A stretch of DNA of 64,000 bases, taken from NCBI GenBank assembly GCA_902761365.1, contig CACWJZ010000006.1, positions 24,371-88,370 on the forward strand, in the 5' to 3' direction. This DNA is from an uncultured Eubacteriales bacterium. Its GTDB lineage: Bacteria; Bacillota; Clostridia; Christensenellales; CAG-138. The translations under genes and the position numbers were made by a program. Each line of letters opens with the position of its first letter. Positions within the stretch are counted from its first letter, which is position 1. This document shows positions 8,603 through 19,081 of this stretch, piece after piece. Under the pieces are notes generated by a model, which saw only the letters and a program-made list of their open reading frames with translations, was not told where the DNA came from and did no database searches.

Positions 8603-9727
8603 TTGTTGAAAATCAGATCGTTGCTCCTTATTTTGATGAGCGTGTTGCTGCTCGTCGCCTGCGGTAAGGGCGACGCTGTGACTGTACAGTCGAAGATGGA
8701 GAGCTCCATAACGGAGATGACCATCGAACAGGTTCCCGTACCGGCGACGACGCCTCTCGAACAGCAACAGGTGGTTATTGCAGTCGTCACCAACAGCGCC
8801 ACCCAGGTCCCGGTCATGACCATGCCACCGAAGCCGGCAGCGACCACGGAGCCCGTACCGGTGTCCACCGACACCCCCGCACCCACCGACACGCCGGAGC
8901 CCACAGAGACCCCTGTGCCCATGCTGGGGGTGCTGGACGGCAGGTTCGCGGACAAGTTCGTCACCGGCAAGCCGGTGATCACGGAAAACAGCTACCAGTC
9001 CGAGCGGGTGGCCATCTTCATCACCCGGGTGGTGGATGATTCCAAGACCATCACCAACCATACCTTCAACTATTTCCTGGCGGATGTGTATCTGCAGAAC
9101 ATGGAGGACTTTCGCAGCGGTGCTGCCGAATCGTGGAAGCAGAAATGGAAGAATGAGATGCTGGTGGACGTGGCCCCCAAGTATAACGCCATCTTTGCCG
9201 TGTCGGGGGACTTTACGCTGACCCGTGAAAAGGGCCTGGTCACCCGCAACGGGGAGGTCCTTCGCAAGGTCCACGATCCCAAATTCGACGTGGGTGTGAT
9301 CTATACGGACGGCCATATGGAGACCTATACCGCTCAGAAAACCCCTGTGGAGCAGTTGACCACCGATCCCAATGTGTGGCAGATCCTGGGCTTTGGACCG
9401 GAGCTGCTGGACGAGAACGGCCAGCCCAAAACCCAGTTCAACGACCCCAAGAAGGTGAGCCGGGCCAACATCCGCAACGCCGTGGGCTACTATGAACCGG
9501 GGCACTATTGCTTCGTGTACGTACAGCCCTACAAGAAGCGCAAGGACGATACCTGCCTCGATATGGAGAGCTTGTCCAAGCTCATGTATTCCCTGGGCTG
9601 CGTCCGCGCCTACAACTTGGACGGCGGCGGCACGGCGGGCATGTATTTCCACGGCAAACTGGTCAGCGACAAGGGCCTGGGGCAGACCCGGAAGATACAC
9701 GACATTTACTATATTCCCGCTGTATGA
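8603..9727 (+). CDS. Phosphodiester glycosidase family lipoprotein (DUF2233 / NAGPA-like), paralog 1
   Basis: TTG start after AGGTGG. Lipobox LLLVAC, then a Pro/Thr linker. The C-terminal motif YYEPGHYCFVYV..AYNLDGGGTAGMYF is shared with the ORFs at 26719 and 30349. Confidence 0.75.
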   Translation: MLKIRSLLLILMSVLLLVACGKGDAVTVQSKMESSITEMTIEQVPVPATTPLEQQQVVIAVVTNSATQVPVMTMPPKPAATTEPVPVSTDTPAPTDTPEPTETPVPMLGVLDGRFADKFVTGKPVITENSYQSERVAIFITRVVDDSKTITNHTFNYFLADVYLQNMEDFRSGAAESWKQKWKNEMLVDVAPKYNAIFAVSGDFTLTREKGLVTRNGEVLRKVHDPKFDVGVIYTDGHMETYTAQKTPVEQLTTDPNVWQILGFGPELLDENGQPKTQFNDPKKVSRANIRNAVGYYEPGHYCFVYVQPYKKRKDDTCLDMESLSKLMYSLGCVRAYNLDGGGTAGMYFHGKLVSDKGLGQTRKIHDIYYIPAV

Positions 9728-9870
9728 CGAAAGGGATCATCCTGTTGCCGGAGCACATTGTGGCTCCGGCTTTTCCTTTTCGTGGCAATTTGGCAAAAAA
9801 ACGAAAAACAAAAAGGAAAATGGGCAAAACCGGCGTATATGAATTAGCAGTGAACAATTTGGGAGGCGTT

Positions 9871-10878
9871 ATGGCTGATAATTCCGTTCGGTCCCGCTGG
9901 GAAGATTGGGAGGAGCAGATGCTCTCTCCCTATGCCACCCTGTCGAAAAACACCCGGGGGCGGGAACGGGAGATCGAGCCCTGTGAGATCCGCACCTGCT
10001 TTATGCGGGATCGGGACAGGATACTGCACTGCAAGGCCTTTCGCCGTCTGAAGCACAAGACCCAGGTCTTTTTGGCGCCCCTGGGCGACCACTACAGGAC
10101 CCGGCTCACCCACACCCTGGAGGTGTCCCAGATCGCCCGGACCATAGCCCGGGCCATGCGGCTCAACGAGGATCTGACGGAAGCCATCGCCTTGGGCCAC
10201 GACCTCGGTCATACCCCCTTCGGGCACACCGGCGAAGGCGTGCTCGACAGGCTGGTCCCCGGCGGGTTCAGCCACAACGAGGAGGGCCTCCGGGTGGTGG
10301 ACAAGCTGGAGAACGATGGTCAGGGCTTGAATCTGACCTTTGAGGTCCGGGATGGGATCGTGAACCATCCCAAGAAATGCCACCCCGCCACCATGGAGGG
10401 GAAGGTGGTGTCCCTCTCCGACCGTATCGCCTACGTGAACCACGACATCGACGACGCCGTCCGCGCCGGGGTCCTGAAGGCCGAGGACATTCCGGAGAGC
10501 TGCCGCAAGCGCTTCGGCAACACCCACAGCGAGCGCATCAACAGCATGATCCTGGACGTACTGAAGGCCAGCCAAAACCAGCCCAAGGTGGTGTTTACGG
10601 ACGAGGCAGCCCGGGAATTTGACGCCCTGCGCAACTTCATGTATGAAAACGTGTACTTCAACCCCATCGCAAAACGGGAGGACGAGAAGGCGCGGGGCGT
10701 GGTGGAGGCCCTGTACAGCTACTATTTGGACCATATCGAGCTGCTGCCTAAGGAGTTTTTACTCCACCTGGACGAGGACGGGGCCCAGCGCATCGCGGCG
10801 GACTACATCGCCTGCATGACGGACACCTACGCCATCCACGAGTATCAGCGGCTGTTCGTACCGGCGGCCTGGAATTAG
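9871..10878 (+). CDS. dgt: dGTP triphosphohydrolase-like HD-domain protein
   Basis: Start at MADNSVRSRWEDWE, after GGGAGG. Contains FMRDRDRILHCKAFRRLKHKTQVF and the HD motif ALGHDLGHTPFGH. It sits upstream of dnaG-sigA. Confidence 0.85.
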   Translation: MADNSVRSRWEDWEEQMLSPYATLSKNTRGREREIEPCEIRTCFMRDRDRILHCKAFRRLKHKTQVFLAPLGDHYRTRLTHTLEVSQIARTIARAMRLNEDLTEAIALGHDLGHTPFGHTGEGVLDRLVPGGFSHNEEGLRVVDKLENDGQGLNLTFEVRDGIVNHPKKCHPATMEGKVVSLSDRIAYVNHDIDDAVRAGVLKAEDIPESCRKRFGNTHSERINSMILDVLKASQNQPKVVFTDEAAREFDALRNFMYENVYFNPIAKREDEKARGVVEALYSYYLDHIELLPKEFLLHLDEDGAQRIAADYIACMTDTYAIHEYQRLFVPAAWN

Positions 10879-10900
10879 ACTGGCATTCCCCCAGGAATGG

Positions 10901-12622
10901 ATGGACGAGCTTCTGTCCAAGAATGAGATAACGGAGGTCGTCTCCTCCTATGTGGCGCTCAAGCCCAAGGGCCGCAAGCTCTGGGCCTGCTGTCCGCTGC
11001 ATGGGGAGAAGACGCCGTCCTTCTCCGTGTCCCCCGACAAACAGCTGTTCTACTGCTTCGGCTGCCATGCCGGCGGCACCGTCATCCAGTTCATCATGGA
11101 CATGGAGCATCTCACCTTTCTGGAGGCGGTGAAGCTCCTGGCGGAGCGGGCCCACATGGAGCTGCCGGAGGATCGGAACGACAGGGACCTTCAGCGCCTG
11201 AGGGCCTATCGGGAGCGGCTTTATGCGGCCAACAAGGCGGCGGCCCGGTTCTACTGCGAGCAGCTGTTGGGCCCGGAGGGCCAGCCCGGAAGGGACTACG
11301 CCCAGCGGCGGGGCCTGGTGAAGGACATCATCCTGCGCTTCGGCATCGGCTACGCCCCGGAGGGATGGGATAACCTGATGAAGCACCTGCAGGCGCAGGG
11401 CTTCTCCGAGAAGGAGTTGCTGGACGCGGGCCTGCTGGTGAAGAACCCCACCTCCGGCCGGGTGTACGACGCCTACCGGAACCGTCTCATCTACCCCATC
11501 CAGGGCATCGGCGGCCAGGTATTGGGCTTCGGCGGCCGGGTGCTGGACGACAGCAAGCCCAAGTATATCAACACCGGCGACACCCCCATCTATAACAAGC
11601 GGAACAACCTGTACGGGCTGTTTCTGCAGAAGGGGTCTAAGCTCACCGACCTCATCATGGTCGAGGGGTATATGGACGTGATCGGGCTCTACAAGGCTGG
11701 CGTCACCAACGCCGTGGCCAGCCTGGGTACGGCCTTGACGGAGCAGCAGGCGCGGCTGCTCAAGCGATATGTGGACACCGTCTACATTGCCTACGACGGG
11801 GACGCCGCTGGGCAGAATGCCACCATCCGTGGATTGGAGATACTGTCCCATGAGGGGCTGGTCGTGCGGGTCATCGTGTTCCCGGACGATCTCGATCCGG
11901 ACGAGTACGTTCAGATCTACGGCAAGGCCGGGTTCGATGCGCTGAAGGCCAACGCCTATTCCCTCCATGCCTTCAAATTGGAGGCCATGGCGCGGGGGTA
12001 TGACCTCAACGACGAGAATGGACGGGAGCAGTTCGCCGTGAAGGCCTGCGCCTTCGTGGGGACGCTCCAGCCCGTGGAGCAGGAGCGGTACTACAAGCTC
12101 ATTGCCCAGAAGACGGGCTACGAGCTCGAATCCCTGCGGGAGCAGGGGAAACGGGGCGAAGGGTACACCGAAAAGCCCCTGCGCTTCTCCAGAGGCACCT
12201 ACCGCCGCCGCAGCGCCCAGGACGAGGATCAGAAGGAGCTGTTGCTGCGGACCATGCTCACCTGCGCCGTGAAGGATAAACGGGCCTATGCCGCTCTGAA
12301 GGCAGCGGGGGCGGGGGAGACGCTGACGGAGCCGTATGCGGCCCTGTTCGCCGCCCTCGACCAGCCGGGCTTCTCCTTCGCCGCCTATGTGGGCGTCCAG
12401 GAAAAGCAGGTGGCGGAGAAGCTGACCGCCCTTATACGGGACGAACAGAATATGGTGGAGCCGGAAAAGACGGCTTTGGATTGTTTAAAGCGGCTGCGAC
12501 AGCTGGACCGGGAGGACAGGCTTTCGGAGCTGCAGCGGGAATTGAAACGGACGGACCTGAGCGATGGGGAGCGCGCCGCGCTTCTCAAGCGGATCACAGA
12601 CATGATACGGGCAAAAAAATAA
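10901..12622 (+). CDS. dnaG: DNA primase DnaG
   Basis: Zinc-binding motif [29 protein letters not shown], followed by a TOPRIM region ([15 protein letters not shown]). Confidence 0.95.
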   Translation: MDELLSKNEITEVVSSYVALKPKGRKLWACCPLHGEKTPSFSVSPDKQLFYCFGCHAGGTVIQFIMDMEHLTFLEAVKLLAERAHMELPEDRNDRDLQRLRAYRERLYAANKAAARFYCEQLLGPEGQPGRDYAQRRGLVKDIILRFGIGYAPEGWDNLMKHLQAQGFSEKELLDAGLLVKNPTSGRVYDAYRNRLIYPIQGIGGQVLGFGGRVLDDSKPKYINTGDTPIYNKRNNLYGLFLQKGSKLTDLIMVEGYMDVIGLYKAGVTNAVASLGTALTEQQARLLKRYVDTVYIAYDGDAAGQNATIRGLEILSHEGLVVRVIVFPDDLDPDEYVQIYGKAGFDALKANAYSLHAFKLEAMARGYDLNDENGREQFAVKACAFVGTLQPVEQERYYKLIAQKTGYELESLREQGKRGEGYTEKPLRFSRGTYRRRSAQDEDQKELLLRTMLTCAVKDKRAYAALKAAGAGETLTEPYAALFAALDQPGFSFAAYVGVQEKQVAEKLTALIRDEQNMVEPEKTALDCLKRLRQLDREDRLSELQRELKRTDLSDGERAALLKRITDMIRAKK

Positions 12623-12632
12623 GGAGACGAAC

Positions 12633-13733
<1,101 letters not shown>

Positions 13734-13754
13734 GCTAAAAAACAGGCGAAAAAA

Positions 13755-13786
13755 ACAGGCCTTCGGTCTTCCGAAGGCCTGTCGCT
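13755..13786 (+). terminator. Intrinsic terminator after sigA
   Basis: ACAGGCCTTCGGtcttCCGAAGGCCTGT. Only a weak T-rich tail follows. Confidence 0.6.
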
Positions 13787-13907
13787 ATATTTTGGTGGCG
13801 TGCTATTTGTTCATCTTCTTCGCGTGGAGGAGGAAGAAATGGTTTTTTTCGAATGGGACGAACGGTGTCAAGTGGCCCTCCTTTTTCGATTTATTGCAGG
13901 AAACGGC

Positions 13908-13936
13908 TTGACTTTTTATCTTTGATTTGCTATGAT
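13908..13936 (+). promoter_or_regulatory. Sigma-A-type promoter for the tRNA-Thr/tRNA-Pro pair
   Basis: TTGACT (13908-13913), a 17-nt spacer, then TATGAT (13931-13936). It lies 22 nt upstream of the tRNA-Thr 5' end. Confidence 0.6.
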
Positions 13937-13958
13937 AAGCAAGCTTCTTGTGAAGCGT

Positions 13959-14034
13959 GCCAAATTAGCTCAGTCGGTAGAGCAGCGCATTCGTAATGCG
14001 CAGGTCGTCAGTTCGAGTCTGACATTTGGCTCCA
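13959..14034 (+). tRNA. tRNA-Thr (anticodon CGT)
   Basis: The cloverleaf reads by eye as acceptor GCCAAAT/ATTTGGC, anticodon arm GCGCA-TTCGTAA-TGCGC and T arm GTCAG-TTCGAGT-CTGAC. CCA is encoded. Confidence 0.9.
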
Positions 14035-14072
14035 TGAAAGAGGGTCTAAGGTCGGCCTTAGCCCCTTTTTTT

Positions 14073-14149
14073 CGGGGCGTAGCGCAGTTTGGTAGCGCGT
14101 TTGGTTCGGGACCAAAAGGTCGTGGGTTCAAATCCCGTCGCCCCGACCA
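14073..14149 (+). tRNA. tRNA-Pro (anticodon CGG)
   Basis: Acceptor CGGGGCG/CGCCCCG, anticodon arm TTTGG-TTCGGGA-CCAAA and T loop TTCAAAT. CCA is encoded. Confidence 0.9.
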
Positions 14150-14152
14150 AAA

Positions 14153-14186
14153 ATACAGACCATCCGAATGGATGGTCTGTATTTTT
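14153..14186 (+). terminator. Intrinsic terminator of the tRNA-Thr/Pro transcript
   Basis: ATACAGACCATCCgaatGGATGGTCTGTAT followed by TTTT. Confidence 0.8.
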
Positions 14187-14187
14187 A

Positions 14188-14285
14188 TGGGCGATGGGAT
14201 TTGAAGCTCAGCTAAAAAAGGCCACAGTGTGGCCCTTTTGCTGGGCACGGGCCGCAAATCCCGTCGCCCTGACACCTCGTTGTGA
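14188..14285 (+). repeat. tRNA-3'-end-bracketed module, Pro locus unit 1 (type 1 core)
   Basis: The antisense arm TGGGCGATGGGATTTGAAGC is the complement of TTCAAATCCCaTCGCCC. The core is AAAAAAGGCCACagtGTGGCCCTTTT. The sense arm is GGGCCGCAAATCCCGTCGCCCTGACACC, followed by TCGTTGTGA. Confidence 0.8.
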
Positions 14286-14290
14286 TAAAT

Positions 14291-14373
14291 GATTTTGAGA
14301 AGCTTCCAGAGCCGCGCCCCGACCAAGCCCGCAGGCGCGAATCAAATCCCGTCGCCCCGGCACCTCGTTGTGA
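14291..14373 (+). repeat. tRNA-3'-end-bracketed module, Pro locus unit 2 (truncated type 2 core)
   Basis: The antisense arm GATTTTGAGAAGCT is degenerate. The core CCAGAGCCGCGCCCCGACCAAGCCCGCAGGCGCGAAT is related to 29823-29918. The sense arm TCAAATCCCGTCGCCCC is 17/17 identical to tRNA-Pro, and the same TCGTTGTGA follows. Confidence 0.75.
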
Positions 14374-14379
14374 CCGTAG

Positions 14380-14407
14380 AAAAAGCCATCCCCTCGGATG
14401 GCTTTTT
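14380..14407. terminator. Bidirectional terminator (serves rarA on the minus strand)
   Basis: A-run, GCCATCCcctcGGATGGC, then T-run. Confidence 0.75.
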
Positions 14408-14419
14408 CAAACGCTGTCC

Positions 14420-15736
14420 TCAGTGCTCCTTCTTCCATTCCTTGATCTCTTCAAGCCGCTTCTTGTACTTGGCCTCGAGCCCCTGCTCCGTGGGACGGAA
14501 GTACTCCCGCCCCAGAAGGGAATCGGGAAGACACTGCATGCTGGTGAGCTTGGCCTCGTAGTCATGGGCGTATTGATACCCCTTCCCATAGCCCAGGTCC
14601 TTCATGAGCCCCGTGGGCGCGTTGCGGATGTTCAGGGGGACGGGCTCGTCAAGCTGCTTTAGCGCGTCCTGCTTCGCCTCCATATACGCCACGTCCATGG
14701 CGTTGGACTTGGGGGCCATGGACATGTACACCACAGCCTCCGTGAGGTGCACGCTGCACTCCGGCATGCCGATGAAATGGCAGGCCTGATAGGCGGCTAC
14801 GGCGATCTCGATGGCGTGAGGATCGGCCAGGCCCACATCCTCGCTGGCAAAGCGGGTCACCCGCCGGGCGATGTACAGGGGGTCCTCGCCGGCCTCCAGC
14901 ATCCGCGCCAGCCAATAGACCGCTGCGTCCGGGTCAGAGTTGCGCATGGACTTATGCAGGGCGGAGATCAGGTTGTAGTGCTCCTCGCCGTTCTTGTCGT
15001 ACAGTAGGGACTTCTTGGAGATACATTGCTCCAAAGTTTCCATGGTGACGGTGATGCTGCCGGTCTCGTCCATGTCCCCGTTCAGGACCACCATCTCCAA
15101 TGTGGAGAGGGCGTTGCGGGCGTCGCCGTTGGAGAAGACGGCGATCATGTTCAGCATCTCGTCGGTGATGGTCACCTGATCCTTGCCGAACCCCCGAGGG
15201 TCATTGACGGCTCGGCGCAGGAGGCCCACCAGTTCCTCCGTCTTCAGCGCCTGCAGGACGAACACCTTGCAGCGGGAGAGAAGGGCGTCGTTGATCTCGA
15301 AGGAGGGGTTTTCCGTGGTGGCGCCGATCAGGATGATGCTGCCCTTCTCCACAAAGGGCAGAAAGGCATCCTGCTGGGCCTTGTTGAAGCGGTGGATCTC
15401 GTCCACGAACAGGATGGTCCGTTCCCCGAAGCGGCGGTTTTCCTCCGCCTGCTGCATGACGGTGCGGATCTCCCGGATGCCGCTGGTCACGGCGGAGAAA
15501 TCGATGAAGGCGGACTGGGTCCGATTGGCGATGATCCGGGCCAGGGTGGTCTTGCCCACGCCCGGCGGCCCCCAGAAGATCATGGAGGAGACCTGGTCGC
15601 TTTCGATGAGCCGACGCAGGACCTTGCCAGGTCCCAAGAGATGGGTCTGGCCCACGAATTCATCCAGGGTCTGGGGGCGAAGACGGGCCGCCAGAGGCTG
15701 CGGGACCTCCTTCGCGAAGAGGGAAAACTGTTCCAT
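14420..15736 (-). CDS. rarA: Replication-associated recombination protein A (RarA/MgsA), AAA+ ATPase
   Basis: LRPQTLDEFVGQTHLLGPGKVLRRLIE, Walker A (GPPGVGKTTLARIIA), Walker B (ILFVDEIHRFNK) and the C-terminal MgsA domain (YDKNGEEHYNLISALHKSMRNSD). Confidence 0.95.
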   Translation of the reverse strand: MEQFSLFAKEVPQPLAARLRPQTLDEFVGQTHLLGPGKVLRRLIESDQVSSMIFWGPPGVGKTTLARIIANRTQSAFIDFSAVTSGIREIRTVMQQAEENRRFGERTILFVDEIHRFNKAQQDAFLPFVEKGSIILIGATTENPSFEINDALLSRCKVFVLQALKTEELVGLLRRAVNDPRGFGKDQVTITDEMLNMIAVFSNGDARNALSTLEMVVLNGDMDETGSITVTMETLEQCISKKSLLYDKNGEEHYNLISALHKSMRNSDPDAAVYWLARMLEAGEDPLYIARRVTRFASEDVGLADPHAIEIAVAAYQACHFIGMPECSVHLTEAVVYMSMAPKSNAMDVAYMEAKQDALKQLDEPVPLNIRNAPTGLMKDLGYGKGYQYAHDYEAKLTSMQCLPDSLLGREYFRPTEQGLEAKYKKRLEEIKEWKKEH

Positions 15737-15815
15737 AGACTACCTCCCACGGGAAGTATACCACAAAAAAGAGGGCCGGGGAAGCCCCGACCCACAAACT
15801 TGAGCCAAAGAAAGG

Positions 15816-16085
15816 TTATTTCACGGCATCCTTCAGCGCCTTACTGGCCTTGAAGAAGGGCACGTTGGCGGCGGAAATGGTCACCATCTCACCGGTGCGG
15901 GGGTTCTTACCTTCTCGGGCCAGACGATGCTTGCAACCAAAGGTGCCAAAGCCGGACAAGGAGACCGTGTCCTCCTTGATCGTGTCGGTGATCGTTTCTA
16001 AAGCAGCGGCGACGGCTGCGGCGGCTTCCTTCTTGGACAGTCCGGTCTTCTCAGCGATCACCTTGATGAATTCAGTTTTATTCAT
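15816..16085 (-). CDS. hup: Nucleoid-associated DNA-binding protein HU
   Basis: 89 aa: MNKTEFIKVIAEKTGLSKKEAAAAV..GFGTF..R.AREGKNPRTGE. Confidence 0.95.
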   Translation of the reverse strand: MNKTEFIKVIAEKTGLSKKEAAAAVAAALETITDTIKEDTVSLSGFGTFGCKHRLAREGKNPRTGEMVTISAANVPFFKASKALKDAVK

Positions 16086-16111
16086 GGAAAAACTCCTTTC
16101 AAGTTTGGCTC

Positions 16112-16140
16112 ATTATATCATCTTAGTTTGCGCTTGTCTA
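16112..16140 (-). promoter_or_regulatory. Sigma-A-type promoter of hup
   Basis: On the minus strand: TAGACA, a 17-nt spacer, then TATAAT. It is followed by a leader carrying the AAAGGAG RBS. Confidence 0.6.
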
Positions 16141-16224
16141 TACATAAAAATGCCTATTTTTCTATAAAATTCTGACTTTTTTGTGTCATTTTGGCGAGAA
16201 TGAGCCATATAATTTTTTATATCG

Positions 16225-16242
16225 CCAAAAGAAGTTTAAGAA
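16225..16242. repeat. Isolated partial copy of the terminal 18-mer of the mnmE-flanking element
   Basis: CCAAAAGAAGTTTAAGAA matches CCAAAAGAACTTTAAGAA (2483-2500) at 17/18 positions. It is preceded by the inverted repeat TTTTGGCGA..TCGCCAAAA. Confidence 0.5.
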
Positions 16243-16319
16243 TAGCGATGTCTAACCGCTTCCGACCGTAGACAAGTGGCAGGTGGGACTGGCAACAAGA
16301 AGAGGGTGGTCGATAGGCT

Positions 16320-17285
16320 TTATATGATTTTGGCGTCCAAACGAAGGATGGTCTGCAGCTCCTCCTGGGTCGGGCCGCTTCTGCCGCCGAAGTGGGACAC
16401 GCACCAGGCGCCGGCGGCGCAGGCGCGGCGGTTGGCTTCCTCAGGGGAATACCCCGACAGCAAAGATGACAGGAACGCCCCGTCATACACGTCTCCGGCG
16501 CCGACCCGGTCCCGGATGGGCACGGAGAAGGCGGGGAAGGCGTAGACCTCCTGACGGGTATACACCGTCGCCCCCTTTTCGCCCCGGCGGGCGACCACCA
16601 TGGGCACCATCTCCAGGAGCTTTCGCGCGGCCCGGTCCGGGTCCGTCTCGTCCGCCAGGGGGCACAGCTCGTCCTCCGCGGAGCCGAAAAGCAGGTCACA
16701 GCAGCAAAGAGCCGCCTGCATATTCTCCGCAAAGGTCCTGTCTTGCAGGGATTCCAGCCGCGCGTTCACGTCCAGGGCCACGGGGATCCCGGCCTCATGG
16801 CAGCGGCGCATCAAAGAGAGCTGGTTGGCGGCAGCGGGGTCCTCCCGCAGGGTCATGCCGGAGGAATGCATCCAGGAGATGCGGGAAAGGATGTCGTCGG
16901 GGATCTGATCCGCGCTTACGTCGTGCTGGCTCGCCCTGACCCGGGGATAGGCGAAGGGGACCCGCTCCCCCTGTTCGTCCAGCACCAGCAGGACCATGGT
17001 GGTCATGGCAGACGCCTTCAGGGTGAGTAGGGAAGCGTCCACGCCCTCCTGGGTCAATCCTGCCTTCAGGGCCCGGCCAAAGGCGTCCTGCCCGGTGGTG
17101 CCCAGAAACAGGGCGGGGGTGCCCAGCCGGGCCAGGGTCACGGCGGTGTTGGCCACGCTCCCGCCGTGGGAAAAGCGGACGGTTAGGGCGTCGGGGTCCA
17201 CATCCTTCTGCCGGGACGCCAGGGCTTGTCCGTAGGGGATGAGCAGATCCGCGCAGATGTCTCCATAGCAAAGAACAGGCAGCAT
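16320..17285 (-). CDS. PfkB-family carbohydrate kinase (ribokinase-like), substrate unknown
   Basis: N-terminal GDICADLL, then GGSVANTAVTLARLG, and a C-terminal GAGD anion-hole motif (RVGAGDVYDGAF). Confidence 0.8.
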   Translation of the reverse strand: MLPVLCYGDICADLLIPYGQALASRQKDVDPDALTVRFSHGGSVANTAVTLARLGTPALFLGTTGQDAFGRALKAGLTQEGVDASLLTLKASAMTTMVLLVLDEQGERVPFAYPRVRASQHDVSADQIPDDILSRISWMHSSGMTLREDPAAANQLSLMRRCHEAGIPVALDVNARLESLQDRTFAENMQAALCCCDLLFGSAEDELCPLADETDPDRAARKLLEMVPMVVARRGEKGATVYTRQEVYAFPAFSVPIRDRVGAGDVYDGAFLSSLLSGYSPEEANRRACAAGAWCVSHFGGRSGPTQEELQTILRLDAKII

Positions 17286-17297
17286 ACAGGGTTCCTT

Positions 17298-18455
17298 TCA
17301 GCGTCTGTCGATGGTGATGACCGGGTTGAAGGTTTCGTCGATGGCGGTGATCTCGGCCACAGCCCGGGCTTTCAACTTCCCATCGGACAGCTGTATGTCG
17401 TAAGGGGCGGAGATGTCGAACACCAGGTTGGTGTGGGTCTGCCCCCGGACCAGCCGAAAATCGTGGATCGTGATCCGCTCGTCGATCCTCAGCAACGCCG
17501 TCTTCACCTGTTCCTTCGCCGCGTCGGTCTCCGGGTTATTCACGGCGATGGGGTCCATGTGGATGGTGGAGAGGCAGTTGTATTTCTCGTTCAACTCCCA
17601 CTCGATGTTGTCGATCATATCGTGGGTGGACAGCATGTCGGCGTCCTCGTCCACCTCCGCATGGAGGGTGATCATCTTCCGGCCGGGACCGTAGTCATGG
17701 ACGATCAAATCGTGGACGCCCATGACCCCCTCATGGTCCATGACCGTGTCCGCGATGGACTTGAGCAGCTCCGGATCAGGTTTCTGACCCAACAGCAGGT
17801 CCACCGTGTCCTTCGCTGTGCCATACCCACCCCAGAGGATCAGCAGTGAGACGGCCAGGGAACACCAGGGATCGGCGTTGAGGCCCCAGAAGTGGTTGAG
17901 CGCCATGGACAGCAGCACGGCGCCGGAGGTGATGCAGTCGAAGAGACTGTCCTTGGCGGTGGCCAGCATGGCGGAGGAGGCGTACTTTTTGCCGTACCGC
18001 GTGTTGTAGAGAGCCATATACAGCTTTACGGCGATGGAGCAGAGGAGCACCGCGAAGGCGGCGACGGTGAACACGGGCGCAGGCGCATGGGAGATCAGGC
18101 TCTCCACGGAGCTTTTGATCAGCTCCACACCCATGAGCAGGATCAGGAAAGCGATGATAAGGGCGGACAGGTATTCGGCCCGGCCGTGGCCGAAGGGGTG
18201 CTCCTTGTCCGGCTTTTTATGGGAGAGGACGAAGCCGCCCAGGGAGACCAGGGAAGAGCCCACGTCCCCCAGGTTGTTGAAGCCGTCGGCCTGGATGGCC
18301 AAAGAGCCGATCAAAGCGCCCAAAATGATTTTGAAACAGCTCAGTATCAGATTGAGGAAGATGCCCACGGCCCCGCAGATCATGCCGTAACCGTGGCGAA
18401 CGGCTTCCTCGTCCTGTGTATCACGCAAAAAAAGCCTGGACAGCAAAGCGATCAT
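17298..18455 (-). CDS. Cation diffusion facilitator (CDF) family metal efflux transporter
   Basis: Start at MIALLSRLF, after AAGGAGAAAG. Six TM segments carry D/H-containing helices, followed by a C-terminal cytoplasmic domain (MGVHDLIVHDYGPGRKMITLHAEV). Confidence 0.85.
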   Translation of the reverse strand: MIALLSRLFLRDTQDEEAVRHGYGMICGAVGIFLNLILSCFKIILGALIGSLAIQADGFNNLGDVGSSLVSLGGFVLSHKKPDKEHPFGHGRAEYLSALIIAFLILLMGVELIKSSVESLISHAPAPVFTVAAFAVLLCSIAVKLYMALYNTRYGKKYASSAMLATAKDSLFDCITSGAVLLSMALNHFWGLNADPWCSLAVSLLILWGGYGTAKDTVDLLLGQKPDPELLKSIADTVMDHEGVMGVHDLIVHDYGPGRKMITLHAEVDEDADMLSTHDMIDNIEWELNEKYNCLSTIHMDPIAVNNPETDAAKEQVKTALLRIDERITIHDFRLVRGQTHTNLVFDISAPYDIQLSDGKLKARAVAEITAIDETFNPVITIDRR

Positions 18456-18592
18456 GCGGCTTTCTCCTTCTCGTTGGATTATTTCTAAAGTATACCACGG
18501 CGGTGAAGAATATGCAATCAAGGAAAGCACTTGCAATTTAGTCGGGAATAGGGCATAATAAAGATGAGAAAGAAGAAAGAAGGAGGTCAGTT

Positions 18593-19081
18593 ATGCTTAC
18601 AGCCCTCGGAAATTTGGCGGTGCCGTGTATCCTCTGTTTCCTGTTCGGCATCCTGATGTTCGTCGTGGAAATGTTTACGCCTGGTTTCGGTGTGGCCGGA
18701 GGTCTCGGCATCGCTGCCTTCGCGGCCATCATCGTGATGCAGTTTTTGGCCAACTCCGTGACGGCGGCCCTGATCGTCACGGCGGTGCTGGTGCTGCTGC
18801 TGGCGATCATCATCGTCCTGTTTATCCGCTCCTTCCAGAAGGGGACTTTGTCCCGGTCCAAGATCGTGAATACCACCGCGGTGGAGGGGGAATCCTCCCC
18901 GGTGGCCAAGGAGAAGGACCTGGTGGGCAAGACCGGCACGGCAATCACGGCCCTGCGCCCCGCAGGCATCGCAGAGATCGACGGCGTGCGCATGAACGTC
19001 TCCACTTACGGCAACTTCATCGAGCCCGGCAAGCCCGTGGTCGTGGCGGCGGTGGAAGGCCTGAACGTATTCGTGAAATGA
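18593..19081 (+). CDS. nfeD: NfeD-family membrane protein (short form, no protease domain)
   Basis: Three TM segments, then a C-terminal OB-fold NfeD motif (VGKTGTAITALRPAGIAEIDGVRMNVSTYGNFIEPGKPVVV). Confidence 0.85.
   Translation: MLTALGNLAVPCILCFLFGILMFVVEMFTPGFGVAGGLGIAAFAAIIVMQFLANSVTAALIVTAVLVLLLAIIIVLFIRSFQKGTLSRSKIVNTTAVEGESSPVAKEKDLVGKTGTAITALRPAGIAEIDGVRMNVSTYGNFIEPGKPVVVAAVEGLNVFVK

Noticed and set aside
13839-13925. 28-codon ORF (MVFFEWDERCQVALLFRFIAGNGLTFYL) with a well-spaced GGAGG RBS, between sigA and the tRNA promoter
   Set aside because: It is too short to support from sequence alone and it overlaps the predicted tRNA promoter. I know of no conservation evidence. It is recorded in case ribosome profiling is available.
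14150-14420. attL/attR-type scars of an integrated mobile element at tRNA 3' ends (also at 23491-23760, 29728-29935 and 54488-54778)
   Set aside because: This is not adopted as the primary call. The duplicated 3' ends lie only 75-165 nt apart. No integrase, excisionase or cargo lies between or beside them. Each unit also carries an inverted copy of the tRNA end, which simple site-specific integration does not produce. It is kept as one hypothesis under the findings.
13932-14438. Several 60-126 aa ORFs on both strands across the tRNA-Thr/Pro region
   Set aside because: They overlap two canonical tRNA genes, terminators and the tRNA-like modules. None has an RBS or coding-like composition.
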